Of a stretch of DNA of 64,000 nt, positions 29,569 to 40,782 are shown piece by piece. The stretch's first letter is position 1. Every line of letters starts with the position of its first letter. The position numbers and the translations under genes are program-made. The notes beneath the pieces are model-generated. The model saw only the letters and a list, made by a program, of their open reading frames with translations, was not told where the DNA came from and searched no databases. Origin of the DNA: an uncultured Actinomycetes bacterium (GTDB lineage Bacteria > SZUA-79 > Acidulodesulfobacterales > Acidulodesulfobacteraceae); NCBI GenBank assembly GCA_964631685.1, contig CAZVZU010000001.1, positions 246,366 to 310,365 of the forward strand. The letters run 5' to 3'.

Positions 29569-29880
29569 TAAAGATTAATACAATTTTTTAAAGACTCTAT
29601 TATGCGTTCCCTATGCAATAATAATATTATACCGTTAGATATCGAACACCATAAGCGGGCAAGCAAAAGTCTCATATTTTTCGACAGTTACATTAATTTT
29701 CAGTTCGCTTTTTAACATCGTCGGAAGGCAACGCTAACTCAAGAGGGGCTTCCTTTAGGGTTTATATAATAAATATTAATACTTGCTTAGCTTTTTAATC
29801 AATCAAACAACCTGCCAATCGCTACGTTATTGTAATGCAATTGGAGTACAAAATCAAGCGGAAAATTTAAAAATATCCTA

Positions 29881-31290
29881 TCACTTTATGATCCTCGGAG
29901 TGATAAATATTAACAATTCATCCTTTGAATAATTCACATTTTGGGATTTAAAAAGCCATCCCAAGAGCGGAATATTCATGAGTACCGGGATTCCATTACT
30001 GGAAACCGTTTTACTTGTTTGATATACACCACCAATAACAACTGTCTGCCTGTCTTTAATAATGACGGTAGAATTTATGCTCTCTGTATCAAGCGTTGCC
30101 TGCGCTCCATAAATGGGCGGTGCTATCGTGTTGTTGGAAGAATTTATAACCAACTTTACATTGCCGTTAGACATGATATGAGGAGTTATCTTAAGCGAAA
30201 TTTGAGCGGTGATAGCTTGCGGCGCAGCCGTAGCCCCTACACCTGCAACACCAGGAAGATATAAAGTTTGACCTTTTTCTATTGTAGCAGGTTGATTATT
30301 GAGAACAATAATCTTCGGAGATGCAATTGATTTCGCTTTAGCTAAATTTTCCAGTGCCTCAAGCGTCGCACTTATACTGGCATATTGATTAATTATTCCA
30401 ATAGAAAAAGTACCAGGCGATGCGGTAGCAAGAGACGGCGCGGCGCCAGTCGGAATAATTAAACCCGGTCCCGCCGGTGAACCTGACAATTGACCGGACA
30501 AATAATTTGGCGGAGTATTAACAGTGTTGGTATGAGCCGCCGCCGAATAACCTCCTTCCCAGTTGATACCTAATTGATTTGTATAGTTCTTACTGACCTC
30601 TTCCATTCTGGCAATAATCATAACCTCAGGCGTTCTTTTATCAAGCCTCTTTATAAGATTTATCGCCTTCACTACATTTTCCTTGATATCTGAAATAATT
30701 AAGGCATGAAGAGATTTATCAAACATTACTGTGCCTTGGGAGCTTAAAACCGTTTTAATCTTCGGCATAAGCCCACTTACGCTCACATAATTTATCGGAA
30801 CGATTTTGGTAATCTTCGGCTGCGAAATTGCTCTCGCCTTTCTTTCCGCTGAGACAACCGACGCTATAGTGCTTGATGCATTTATATAATAAATTCCATG
30901 TTTCTTGACCATTCCAAGCCCATATGCTTCCATGATAACAGACAATATATCCTTCAACGGAACATTGTGCATTTTCATAGTCACAGCGCCCTTAACATCG
31001 GAGCCTATTAAAACATTCATATTGGAAACACGTGCAATCATCCTTATTACATCGACAATACTGGCATTTTGAAAATCAAAACTAACCTTCATATTCGTGG
31101 GATCGACGAAGAACCTTTTAACCGTCTGCTGATTCTTCACAGAAGAATTACTACTAGGACTTGCAAATGAGTTAATTTGAGGAAATATAATAAAGCCTAC
31201 AAGCATTAAAGTTATAATAATCCATTTAAAACCGAATCTGGCACCGACTAATCTCATTCTATCTATAGATTCTAAACTTAACTTTTTCAT
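29881..31290 (-). CDS. pilQ: Type IV pilus secretin
   Basis: STN domain, LGINW, VIGGVY, IPLLGWLFK, ELLIFITPRII. Confidence 0.92.
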   Translation of the reverse strand: MKKLSLESIDRMRLVGARFGFKWIIITLMLVGFIIFPQINSFASPSSNSSVKNQQTVKRFFVDPTNMKVSFDFQNASIVDVIRMIARVSNMNVLIGSDVKGAVTMKMHNVPLKDILSVIMEAYGLGMVKKHGIYYINASSTIASVVSAERKARAISQPKITKIVPINYVSVSGLMPKIKTVLSSQGTVMFDKSLHALIISDIKENVVKAINLIKRLDKRTPEVMIIARMEEVSKNYTNQLGINWEGGYSAAAHTNTVNTPPNYLSGQLSGSPAGPGLIIPTGAAPSLATASPGTFSIGIINQYASISATLEALENLAKAKSIASPKIIVLNNQPATIEKGQTLYLPGVAGVGATAAPQAITAQISLKITPHIMSNGNVKLVINSSNNTIAPPIYGAQATLDTESINSTVIIKDRQTVVIGGVYQTSKTVSSNGIPVLMNIPLLGWLFKSQNVNYSKDELLIFITPRIIK

Positions 31291-31322
31291 CGTAATTTCC
31301 TCATATAATGCAAGGTGTAAAG

Positions 31323-31778
31323 TTACCCTACAATTTTCATAACAACGTTAACAGAACGTGCTTGCCCTAAAGCATTATAAGTATTTTCGACCAACTTTAT
31401 TGAATTATCCCCGATAGATATAACCCTTGCCCTATCAATTCCAATAATGGAGCCGACCGTAATTATGTAAGATTTATTATCTGGCGTCTGAATCATGGCA
31501 AAATATTTACCCTCTCTTTCCATTATTCCGACTATCTTTAGAGACGATAAGCTATATCGAAATAGCGGTATTTCTCCAACTTTAAATGAAACAGAAGGCT
31601 TTTTTGTGTATAAAAACGTTTGAAACGGATTTCTTTTTAGGAAATTGGGATATGTCAACAAGCTCTGCTGAACCCGCGCCTTATGTTTTATTATATTTTC
31701 TTTTGCCGAAGCGCCTACCGACAAAGAAGACAAGAATAGGACAATACTAAACACTAAAACGATTCTTCTCATTTTCAA
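31323..31778 (-). CDS. pilP: Type IV pilus assembly protein PilP
   Basis: RNPF, PL..Y.L..LKIVGI, AMIQTPD; synteny. Confidence 0.85.
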   Translation of the reverse strand: MKMRRIVLVFSIVLFLSSLSVGASAKENIIKHKARVQQSLLTYPNFLKRNPFQTFLYTKKPSVSFKVGEIPLFRYSLSSLKIVGIMEREGKYFAMIQTPDNKSYIITVGSIIGIDRARVISIGDNSIKLVENTYNALGQARSVNVVMKIVG

Positions 31779-32374
31779 CGACGCCCCCTACTTTTTTTAA
31801 TTTTTTTTGGAGGCGACCCGATAAAAGAAAACGTTGTCCCTCTAAAACCAACGGACACCCTTTGAGTATTTGAGTCTTTTGTTATAGAAACATCATGAAC
31901 ATCAACTATTCTTTTCATGCTTGCAAGTTTATAAAAAAACTTATAAACATTATGAAAATCACCACTTATATGCATTGAAAACGGAACAGCTTCATAGAAA
32001 CCTTGGGGTATTATCTTGCCAGGTTTAAACATTTCCAGGCTTAAATGAAGTGCTTTTTCATAATTAGAGATCTTCATAAGAAGTCCGGGGATATCCTTTT
32101 TCGACGGGAGCTCCTTAACGAGATAGGCAAATTCTTTGTTGAGCGCACTACTCTTTTTTACGAGCATCGGATATGATTTCACCAGAATCAAATAAGAAGC
32201 GTACTTCGCCCGAACACCCCTAAGCGTACCCTCTTTTTGGTTTAATTTTAGGGCTAAACCCGAGTAAATTAAATAGTAATAAACGGCCATTATTACTATG
32301 AATAAAACAAAACTAATGATCAAACCCAAAGCAACCGTACTTTTAAAATCTATTTTAAGTTTTTTAATATCCAT
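31775..32374 (-). CDS. pilO: Type IV pilus assembly protein PilO
   Basis: TM + coiled coil, LPSKKDIPGLL, FY..VP, RIV. Confidence 0.9.
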   Translation of the reverse strand: MDIKKLKIDFKSTVALGLIISFVLFIVIMAVYYYLIYSGLALKLNQKEGTLRGVRAKYASYLILVKSYPMLVKKSSALNKEFAYLVKELPSKKDIPGLLMKISNYEKALHLSLEMFKPGKIIPQGFYEAVPFSMHISGDFHNVYKFFYKLASMKRIVDVHDVSITKDSNTQRVSVGFRGTTFSFIGSPPKKIKKSRGRR

Positions 32375-32415
32375 AATTGAAGTAAACGTTATAATGAAAT
32401 CGCACAGCGCTCAGG

Positions 32416-32997
32416 CTAATGTGATTTCATTATCCTTTTTTTAGTAACCTCGCGTTCATTTTGAAATGTTAATCTGAAATTTTGAAGTTTCAAGTCTTGT
32501 TTTTTGATTTCCGATGTCTGTATTAAGGTTACATTATGAAAAAAACCTGTCTTATTTAGATTATCCATAAACAACGAAACAACCTGTCCGTCTAATGCAA
32601 CACCATTGACGGTTATATTTCCATTAGATGATTTTAAAGAATTAATCCATGCAAACCTAGGAATAGTTACGGTAACATAGTAGATATACCCAATCGGTCC
32701 AATCTGCTCTTTTTTTAATGTATTTATCACGCTAATTTTTTGCATAATAAGGTTTTGCTGACGTTTAATCGCATTTACCATACGCACCCTAGGAAGTAAT
32801 ACCGATATCCTACTGTTATAAATTTTAATATTGCCATTTACGCTACTAATCTTGGTTTCAATAGAATACTGCATAAGAAATATAGCAACTCCCGCTATAA
32901 TAATAGGAATGATAATATATAAAACAATATTTTTCTTCTCAGTCTTACTTATTACACCTTTTTGTTTTTTATTTAAGTTGATCTTAATCATTGTCAT
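32416..32997 (-). CDS. pilN: Type IV pilus assembly protein PilN
   Basis: N-terminal IKINL motif, TM helix, synteny. Confidence 0.88.
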   Translation of the reverse strand: MTMIKINLNKKQKGVISKTEKKNIVLYIIIPIIIAGVAIFLMQYSIETKISSVNGNIKIYNSRISVLLPRVRMVNAIKRQQNLIMQKISVINTLKKEQIGPIGYIYYVTVTIPRFAWINSLKSSNGNITVNGVALDGQVVSLFMDNLNKTGFFHNVTLIQTSEIKKQDLKLQNFRLTFQNEREVTKKRIMKSH

Positions 32998-34058
32998 TCA
33001 AGCCCTCTTAATGCCAAACCAACGGCGGTACCAAATAAACGGCGAAAACTATCAACAGACATATTTTTATCCTTAAAAAGCAAACCTCTAAATGGATTTA
33101 CATCCTCCACAGAAATATTTAACTTCTTCTCTATGCCGTCCGCAAGACCGGATAAGCTGCTAGAACCACCCGTCAGATAAATCTTGCTAGGATACTGTTT
33201 ATCGTTATTGGCCGCAAAATAGTCGATTGTCCTTTGAATCTCTGATGTTATCCTTGTTATAATCATATTTAAGTATATAGCGTAGTTTGTTTGAAAATCA
33301 GCGTCATTCTTGTCAATATCACCATCACCCGTTTTAATATTCTCGGCTTCATTAAAATCTATCTGAAATTTTTTCGCTATCTCTTCAGTAATGTTAACCC
33401 CACCTATAGGAATATCCCTCCTGAATAGATTTAACCCGTTTTGCATCACATGAACATTTGTTTCTGATGCACCTACGCCCACAAGTGCTACTAGCTCGTC
33501 ATATTCTTCCGGATAATTAAAGTTAAACATATTTTCAACGGCTATGCAGTCAACATCCACTATGAACGGATTTAACCCGCACTCACGAATGAAGCCTGTC
33601 TGATTATTTATAATATCTTTTTTGCCGGCGATTATCATTATCATGTTGTTATTAGGATCGATCTTGGATTCTCCCAGAACAACATAATCGTAAAAAACCT
33701 CATTTATATCATAACTGATATATTGTTGTGCCTCGTAATACATTGAAGAACTAAGATCGCTTCCCTTCATCTTGGGCATTTCTATAGTTTTTATGATGAT
33801 ATGTTTACACGGAACCGCAATAACAACATTTTTTTCCTTTATCCCGAGCCTGGAAAATGAACTTTTTATGTAGGAAGCAACCGATGCGGCATCGTCTATT
33901 ACCCCATTACTAACAGCTCCGCTTGGTAAACCTATCACATCAAAGTCATCTATGCGATATTTATGACCAGATTTAGAGAGCTTCAACACCTTTATTGAAT
34001 TAGAGCCTATGTCTATCCCTACACTGCTTTTCGAACCAAAAGTAAGATTAAATGCCAT
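32994..34058 (-). CDS. pilM: Type IV pilus assembly protein PilM
   Basis: GIDIGSNSIK, LTGG, AVGLALRG. Confidence 0.93.
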   Translation of the reverse strand: MAFNLTFGSKSSVGIDIGSNSIKVLKLSKSGHKYRIDDFDVIGLPSGAVSNGVIDDAASVASYIKSSFSRLGIKEKNVVIAVPCKHIIIKTIEMPKMKGSDLSSSMYYEAQQYISYDINEVFYDYVVLGESKIDPNNNMIMIIAGKKDIINNQTGFIRECGLNPFIVDVDCIAVENMFNFNYPEEYDELVALVGVGASETNVHVMQNGLNLFRRDIPIGGVNITEEIAKKFQIDFNEAENIKTGDGDIDKNDADFQTNYAIYLNMIITRITSEIQRTIDYFAANNDKQYPSKIYLTGGSSSLSGLADGIEKKLNISVEDVNPFRGLLFKDKNMSVDSFRRLFGTAVGLALRGLE

Positions 34059-34148
34059 ACAAGTTTACCCTTCCAGTATTTCCATTATCCACTGCCCGGA
34101 AATAACTAAATATACTCAACTTCATTAAATTGTTAATCCTTACAAACT

Positions 34149-34232
34149 ATTTTAATATAAATTATTCTATTGTCAAGTTTTTTTATTGCATTGTATTTTT
34201 TATTTTGCTTTTTGATAGAAAAATCGTATAAT
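34149..34232. promoter_or_regulatory. Divergent sigma70-like promoters (pilM on -, glycosyltransferase on +)
   Basis: Minus: TTGACA-N16-TAAAAT (34176-34149); plus: TTGCTT-N16-TATAAT (34205-34232). Confidence 0.45.
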
Positions 34233-34247
34233 ACTCTAATTAAAATT

Positions 34248-35792
34248 ATGAACAAAAATAAAACTATCTCAATCTTTCTTTTAGCCATACTTCTGGTACT
34301 TCTTGTCATAAGACTCGTATTAATCACAAGAGTAGATTTAATTCCCGAAGAAGTCTACTATTGGCAATGGGCAAGACATTTGTCGCTTTCCTACTACGAT
34401 ATGTCACCCATGGTTGCTTATACGATAGCCTTGACAACATTTTTTGGTAAATTGAACTCACAGTTTTTTGTGAGGCTTGCAGCACCCATTATTTCCTTAA
34501 TCTTATCCCTGTATGTATTTATTGCTTTAAGAAAGATTACCAAAAACAATCTGTTCTCGCTCTTATGGGCAGTATTATTAAATACTATTCCCATACTTAA
34601 CGTAGGTTCGATACTAATTGTGTATGGAAACCTGCAGATGTTATTTTTCTCATTAACAATATTATTCCTGATATACCTCATAGTAACCAAAAAGGATTTT
34701 TATTGGTATTTAATAGGAATTTCGACTGGACTCGCTCTTTTAAGCAAATATACAGCAGGTTTTATATATCCAATAGTACTTTTATTTCTTGTCCTCAGTA
34801 AAAATTATCGTAAATATTTTCTTAGAAAAGAACCATATTTAGCCTTTCTGATATCAATAGTACTTTTTTTACCAGTAATCATATGGAATTATATGAATGA
34901 TTTTGTATCACTTAGACATATTATGACTTTGTCGGGTCACTCTGTTAATTTTAGTACGTTTTTATCAAACTTTTCCTTGCTCATGGTTTCCCAAGCAGGC
35001 ATAGTTTCTCCGTTCATATTTATCATTATATTAATCTCTATTTTTGCAGGGTTATATCTCGGGTTAAAAGAAAATAACGATACATATTTGGTACTTTCAA
35101 TATCGTCCTTACTACCATTTCTTTACTTTATATATCAATGTACAAAAACAACGGTTCAACCTAATTGGCCGGTATTTTTATATTTTCCGGCCTTTTTATT
35201 GACATCCATTTTAGTATTAAGATTGCACTCCGGATTTAAGTCGCAAAAGCTTAAGAAGATGGTTACCGGCTTCTATGTGGTTTCTTTTGCCGTAGGGCTT
35301 CTTTTTTCATTAATTATATTTTTAGAGCCTTATCACCCAATAATTAAAATGCGATTAGACAAGAGTCCTATGAGGAATGTGCTTGGGTGGAAAAAATTAG
35401 GACGATACGTCAACAAAGAACTTGCAGGTCACAAAAAAGACAATCTGCTAATAGCAGCAAGAAGATTTCAAGTGGCAAGCGAACTTGCATATTATGTAAA
35501 GGGTAAACCGCAAACATATTCGTTTAACTACTTTACCAGGGATAACGAATATGCATTCTGGAACAACTTTAATAGTAAAAAAGGCAGAAATTTCCTTTAC
35601 GTGATAGATACAAAATACGGCAAAAATATAAAAAATGAATTATGTAAAAACTTCAGTAGCTGTTTACTACTAAAAAAGATTACAATAACAGATGATCACG
35701 CTACGGTGAGGATAGTCAAATTCTACCTACTAAAAAACTTTTTATACAAGGATAAATATCTATTTAATAAATTTTCCTCAAAAGAGTTCTAA
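34248..35792 (+). CDS. ArnT/PMT-like (GT39/GT83) membrane glycosyltransferase
   Basis: EEVYYWQW, YYD.SP, GLALLSKYT, many TM helices. Confidence 0.85.
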   Translation: MNKNKTISIFLLAILLVLLVIRLVLITRVDLIPEEVYYWQWARHLSLSYYDMSPMVAYTIALTTFFGKLNSQFFVRLAAPIISLILSLYVFIALRKITKNNLFSLLWAVLLNTIPILNVGSILIVYGNLQMLFFSLTILFLIYLIVTKKDFYWYLIGISTGLALLSKYTAGFIYPIVLLFLVLSKNYRKYFLRKEPYLAFLISIVLFLPVIIWNYMNDFVSLRHIMTLSGHSVNFSTFLSNFSLLMVSQAGIVSPFIFIIILISIFAGLYLGLKENNDTYLVLSISSLLPFLYFIYQCTKTTVQPNWPVFLYFPAFLLTSILVLRLHSGFKSQKLKKMVTGFYVVSFAVGLLFSLIIFLEPYHPIIKMRLDKSPMRNVLGWKKLGRYVNKELAGHKKDNLLIAARRFQVASELAYYVKGKPQTYSFNYFTRDNEYAFWNNFNSKKGRNFLYVIDTKYGKNIKNELCKNFSSCLLLKKITITDDHATVRIVKFYLLKNFLYKDKYLFNKFSSKEF

Positions 35793-35810
35793 GTCTTGTG
35801 TATTTTTCAA

Positions 35811-36734
35811 TTAAAATCCTTTTTCTTCCAGCACATTGAGTGGCTTAGAAAACATATCGCCAAACTCCGCCTGCTTTTTAGAAAACCCGAATGCTAATGC
35901 CATAAGTTGCGTTAAATATACGACCGGAAGTTCTGCGTCTTTGCCTAATTTTTTAACTATGGCAGGCTGATTTACATCCAATGCCCCTGCGCACTTCGGA
36001 CAAATAAGAACTAGTAAATCGGCACCGGCTTTTTTGGCCTTAGAAAGCGTCTGTGCGCATAAAGTAAAAGAAGTTTCCTCATCCTGGACAACATTCCTCC
36101 CGCCGCAACACTGCACTTCATTGCCATAGAAAACAGTTTCAGCTCCCATAGCTTCCAAGAAATCATGCATAAACCTCGGCCTTTCCGAATTGTCTATTTT
36201 AGGTTTTTTATCTGTGAAAGTATACATTGACGGCCTGGAATAGAGGCATCCGTAATACGGCGCTAATTTTAGTCCTTTTAAAGACTGAACCACATTTTTT
36301 CTCACCTCATCCACACCCTTCTCATTGTATAAAAATTCCAAGATATGCCTAGGTTCTCCATCAGGTATAAACTCTTCTTCATTCTCGCCCGCATCCTTAA
36401 AAATACCATTGACGTCTGCCAACTCATTTTCATTTTCCCTAACTCTCGCAACTGCCCTGCTAAACTCATGATGACACACTGAACATGCCATAACCAAGTC
36501 CTTTGAACCAAGCCTAGACTTTGCAAGCATCATATTCCTAAGCGGCAAATATAAGGAAACTGCACCCTTAGATTTCATCTCTCCGATTCCGCAGCAGTTG
36601 TAATCAGGTAGTTCAATAAGCTCTATGCCCATCTTTTTTGACACTAATTTTGAGCTATTATTATAAGCCCTGTCGATCGTCAGCAAAGCGCATCCGGGAT
36701 AATATGCCACCTGATTTTCCTTTATTTTATCCAT
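35811..36734 (-). CDS. hdrB2: Sulfur-oxidising Hdr-like subunit sHdrB2
   Basis: YYPGC, NCCG, YYGC, QCCGG, CPKC (CCG domains). Confidence 0.88.
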   Translation of the reverse strand: MDKIKENQVAYYPGCALLTIDRAYNNSSKLVSKKMGIELIELPDYNCCGIGEMKSKGAVSLYLPLRNMMLAKSRLGSKDLVMACSVCHHEFSRAVARVRENENELADVNGIFKDAGENEEEFIPDGEPRHILEFLYNEKGVDEVRKNVVQSLKGLKLAPYYGCLYSRPSMYTFTDKKPKIDNSERPRFMHDFLEAMGAETVFYGNEVQCCGGRNVVQDEETSFTLCAQTLSKAKKAGADLLVLICPKCAGALDVNQPAIVKKLGKDAELPVVYLTQLMALAFGFSKKQAEFGDMFSKPLNVLEEKGF

Positions 36735-36784
36735 ACAAATAATCCTCCTCTATAGACCCCTCCCGTAAAAAAAGGGGATACCAG

Positions 36785-37549
36785 TTATAATGTCTCTTTT
36801 TCAATCGTGTCCGTATTTCTTAGATAACGCTCTATTGCCTTTCTCGGTCTATCCCAATGGTGCGGCTTGCCAAGTTTTAATATTGAAAAAGCTCTTCCAT
36901 CCTTAAGCATCTTCAAAATAGCACCCCTTTCTACCTTTCCTATCAATTCTTTAGCTCTCCCCATTTTGCGCATTGATGAAATATGGAGCTTAGCCAAATC
37001 TAACCTTCCATTACCCAAAATCATGTCTTTATAAATTTTTTTCACGTCCTCATCAAACTTCAATTTACTTTTAACCTCTTGGGGAAAATATTTTTTAATT
37101 AAAAGTGCAAGAGCCTCCATCATTTCGGCAGGGTTCACTTGTTTAGGGCACCTCTGCGAACATTTGTAGCATCCGACGCATCGCCATGCAACATCCACAT
37201 ATTTTTTTAACTTTTTTAAGTTACCAAGTTGCATCATATATATAAATGCTCTTGGGTTAAATCTATTATATAAAGGAGTCACCGTGCAACTTGCGGTACA
37301 CATTCCGCACTGCCAACATCTATTAATCCTGGAACCGACAACGGTTTTTTTGATTTCATTAAAAAACGATCTATCAAATTCAGAATCAACCCTTGTATAA
37401 ATAAACGTATTCCACCTGCCAGAAACATCAACTCCGTCTATGACTAAATTTTTCTCTTCCTTGATATAATCGTCTTCGATTAAATGTCTTGCTATTATAT
37501 GTTCCCCTTTTTCAGCAACCGGTCTTTTCCCCTGCTTTTCCAAAGCCAT
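36785..37549 (-). CDS. hdrC2: sHdrC2 ferredoxin-like subunit
   Basis: IDGVDVSGRWN, CWQCGMCTASC, CVGCYKCSQRCP. Confidence 0.88.
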   Translation of the reverse strand: MALEKQGKRPVAEKGEHIIARHLIEDDYIKEEKNLVIDGVDVSGRWNTFIYTRVDSEFDRSFFNEIKKTVVGSRINRCWQCGMCTASCTVTPLYNRFNPRAFIYMMQLGNLKKLKKYVDVAWRCVGCYKCSQRCPKQVNPAEMMEALALLIKKYFPQEVKSKLKFDEDVKKIYKDMILGNGRLDLAKLHISSMRKMGRAKELIGKVERGAILKMLKDGRAFSILKLGKPHHWDRPRKAIERYLRNTDTIEKETL

Positions 37550-37586
37550 AATGCCCTCCAAAATTAGATAATCCTTAAAATTATTT

Positions 37587-38366
37587 TTAAGACATATTCA
37601 TTAAATCCTTTTTCAATTCGGGCAACTCTAATTTTTCAACCCCCAGCAGTTTCTTCATTAATGTAAATCCATCCGGCACACCGATAGATAAAGACTTAGA
37701 CTCAGCGTATACCATTTTATAAACATAATCCGAATACATGTAGCTTAAGAGAATATCGGCGCCATACGGCGGATCTATCGCGAAGCCGTTTTTATTTGAC
37801 AATTCATAAAGATAGTTAATTTCATCCCTCATTTCTTTAATACTGAACGGCATGATATATGGGTTTCCTTCCCATGTTCTTTTTAAAAAATCAGCCATAT
37901 AAGGCAAGCACCCTGTCCCATTATCTTGCCTGTAAACCCACGATGTCCATAAAACATTTTTCTTCGGTTCACAAAAATGCAAAATCTCCAAGGCTATATC
38001 CCTTTTAGCCATAACATTTTCATATGGAATCGCCGACAAAAACCTACCTATTTTTATCTCTGCCGATTTTCTCGAATCACCTAAATGATTAAATCCGTTA
38101 TTCAAGATATCAAGACTTATGGTTTTAATAATTTTATTCCTATGCCTTCTTGCGGTAAATATAAAAGATAATATCTTGTCAAAATCGTCTTTTTTTAATC
38201 TTCCGCCACGCACACCCGACAAAAAATCCTTAATCATCTTTGTTTTGTGACTTAACAGGACATTGAGCGTCTCCATTTTGTCTGCGGGCAAATTATCTCT
38301 CACAATCTCAAAGAACTTTCCCTCATATCTTTCGTCTATTTTATTGTTTTTTAGAATATACGGCAT
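37587..38366 (-). CDS. sHdrH (conserved hypothetical protein of shdr clusters)
   Basis: Position between hdrA and hdrC2; EILHF..P...LWTSWV....TG.L. Confidence 0.75.
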   Translation of the reverse strand: MPYILKNNKIDERYEGKFFEIVRDNLPADKMETLNVLLSHKTKMIKDFLSGVRGGRLKKDDFDKILSFIFTARRHRNKIIKTISLDILNNGFNHLGDSRKSAEIKIGRFLSAIPYENVMAKRDIALEILHFCEPKKNVLWTSWVYRQDNGTGCLPYMADFLKRTWEGNPYIMPFSIKEMRDEINYLYELSNKNGFAIDPPYGADILLSYMYSDYVYKMVYAESKSLSIGVPDGFTLMKKLLGVEKLELPELKKDLMNMS

Positions 38367-38371
38367 AAAAA

Positions 38372-39415
38372 TTATTTATTTTTCATAGTATATGTATAAG
38401 CACCCATTGCGGCTGCACTACCTTCTACAATCGAATCGGAGATAGCCTTTGGTCCTGTGCAGGCTCCCGCAAGGAATATGCCCTCTTTATTTGATTTAAA
38501 CGGTGACAGTGTAACATTTTGCGGTTTTAAAAACCGGTGTTCATCAAGCTCCAGTCCTAATTTATCAACCATTTCAGAAGACTGGGGACCACCTTCCATA
38601 CCTGATGCTAAAACAACAAGATCAAACGGGATTTCGAAAGGCCCTCTTAATAGTGTATCTTCACCCTTGCAAACAACAGTGTTATTCTGTCCGGAGGTAA
38701 TCTCCGCCACTCTGCCTTTGACTATCTGAACATCGTACTCCTCCATGGCTTTCCAATATAAATCCTCAAAAAAACCATAAGTTCTGATATCCATATAAAA
38801 TATATATACTTCACAATCAGGAAAATGTTCCCTTACTTCAATGGCCTGTTTGACTGAAACCGTACAACATACCCTTGAACAATACTGGTTTCCGATATGC
38901 CTATCCCTAGAACCAACGCACAATATAAATGCAACATTCTTTGGCGGCTGCCCATTTGACGGTCTGTTAAAATTTCCCTCCCCCATCATTCGTTCCATGT
39001 CCTTGATATCAATCACATCATCAAAAAGCTGATAAGAATACTTAGCATCCTTTGCGGGGTCAAAATGCTCAAAGCCGGTAGCAACAATGACAGAATCAAA
39101 AGTTTTTGTTTCATTTCCGCTAGATGACTTTATTGTAGCATTAAATTTTTTTCCATTTTCTTTAAAATCTAAAATCTCAGAAGAATAATACACCTTAACA
39201 TTTTCATTAGTCTCGGTCTTTTTGATTAATTCACCGATAACATTATCCGCCGGTTGCATATCCGGAAACAAAAATTTATATTTAAATTTCTTAGGGTTTC
39301 CGCCCAAAAATGAATCTTTTTCCACCAAGCTAACATTTACGCCAAGATCGGCAAGCAAGATTGCCGAATTTAAACCAGCCGGTCCGCCACCGATCACTAA
39401 AATATTCCCAGCCAT
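38372..39415 (-). CDS. hdrA: sHdrA flavoprotein subunit (short form)
   Basis: VIGGGPAG, VATGF, CVGSRD, CSRVCC, YMDIRTYG, AGACTGP. Confidence 0.92.
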   Translation of the reverse strand: MAGNILVIGGGPAGLNSAILLADLGVNVSLVEKDSFLGGNPKKFKYKFLFPDMQPADNVIGELIKKTETNENVKVYYSSEILDFKENGKKFNATIKSSSGNETKTFDSVIVATGFEHFDPAKDAKYSYQLFDDVIDIKDMERMMGEGNFNRPSNGQPPKNVAFILCVGSRDRHIGNQYCSRVCCTVSVKQAIEVREHFPDCEVYIFYMDIRTYGFFEDLYWKAMEEYDVQIVKGRVAEITSGQNNTVVCKGEDTLLRGPFEIPFDLVVLASGMEGGPQSSEMVDKLGLELDEHRFLKPQNVTLSPFKSNKEGIFLAGACTGPKAISDSIVEGSAAAMGAYTYTMKNK

Positions 39416-39531
39416 ATAGAATCCTCCGAATTACATTTATAATTAGTTTTATTATTGCATAATGCGCCTAATCTACCGATTAGCGTGTAAATTCCCTTTG
39501 AATACGATTTGGAGTATCTTCCTATATTCAT

Positions 39532-40740
39532 CTAATTTTGGTCTTTTGGATAGTCATACAGATTAACAGTCTTTCCCCCTGCCCTAAGTTCTTCTAAATA
39601 GGCATTATATTCTTCTTCTGATTTTTTCCAATCCACCCCTATTTTTTCACACAAAGGCCTCCAATCTGTCGTATGCCACTGAAGTTGAACGATTTTAAAA
39701 ACATCAGCCCCGCAAGCCAATGCAGCAAACATTACATCTGCCATCACGGGAACCTGCTCCGTATAACCCATGGCCTTGCCTATCCACTGATTTTTATCTA
39801 AAGTCGTCGTGCAACCCGTATCTTGCGTTATACACACATCAGAATGCGCTTCCCTTACCATGGGTCTTATTTTTCTATCCATTACAAACGACCTTGAAGC
39901 CTCTCTCTCGGTCAAAATATGCCTAAACCCGAACCCGCAACAGTCGTACCAAGTTGAATAATCCGCAACCTGCGCCCCAAGAGCAAGTGCAACACCAGTA
40001 GAAACTGCCGTTCTTTTTCCGGCATAAATATCTTTATCGTAGATACAATCCTCTGGTATCATTTTATATGCATGGCAAGCGGGATGAACCGTTACTATGA
40101 TATTACTTAAATCATACTTTTTTAATTTGGCTATCTCAAAACGCATAACATGAACCCATTCGCTATAGTGCACGATATATTCCGGAATAACAAGCTCCCT
40201 GCCTATTTTATGCATTATCCTCCTGACCTCATCCCTAAACTCCTTGTGCTCGATCAGTAGATTTCTCATTTCTTTGTAATCTCCAAATGTTGTAGCACAA
40301 TGAAACAATGGAAAAAGGCCTAATTCATACGACCTATGCCAATTTCTCACCGCTACGGCAGCAAGTCCAACCGGATTAGACGTCCCTGAACCATGATAAT
40401 TCCACGCGGTACATGATGTCTGATTTCTCTCATCAATATACTCAAGTCCGAATTTATTCATAAACCAAAGAATAGATACCGGATAGCCGGGGATATTTCC
40501 ACATTGTCCGCAAGATTTATGATGCCATAATTTATTGGTGGGAATCTTTTTTTTCCAGCCTAGTAAGGTCTCTGCTTCAATCGGTTTATTCTCATCCTTA
40601 ACGTGTATAACCTTGACCTCGCCCTTTGCTTCAAGCTCTAAAAGCCGTTCGTGAATATCTTTCAGTTTTCTTCCGGCTACATGGACATAATCAGACTTAA
40701 CATTGGCAAGACCTAACCTATTAGTAATTTCTATAGCCAT
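39532..40740 (-). CDS. hdrB1: sHdrB1 subunit
   Basis: HHKSCGQCGNIPGYP, TSCTAWNYHGSG, WYDCCGFGFRH. Confidence 0.92.
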   Translation of the reverse strand: MAIEITNRLGLANVKSDYVHVAGRKLKDIHERLLELEAKGEVKVIHVKDENKPIEAETLLGWKKKIPTNKLWHHKSCGQCGNIPGYPVSILWFMNKFGLEYIDERNQTSCTAWNYHGSGTSNPVGLAAVAVRNWHRSYELGLFPLFHCATTFGDYKEMRNLLIEHKEFRDEVRRIMHKIGRELVIPEYIVHYSEWVHVMRFEIAKLKKYDLSNIIVTVHPACHAYKMIPEDCIYDKDIYAGKRTAVSTGVALALGAQVADYSTWYDCCGFGFRHILTEREASRSFVMDRKIRPMVREAHSDVCITQDTGCTTTLDKNQWIGKAMGYTEQVPVMADVMFAALACGADVFKIVQLQWHTTDWRPLCEKIGVDWKKSEEEYNAYLEELRAGGKTVNLYDYPKDQN

Positions 40741-40782
40741 ACATCTCTCCCATTTATATTGGTATTGATTATTAAATTAATA

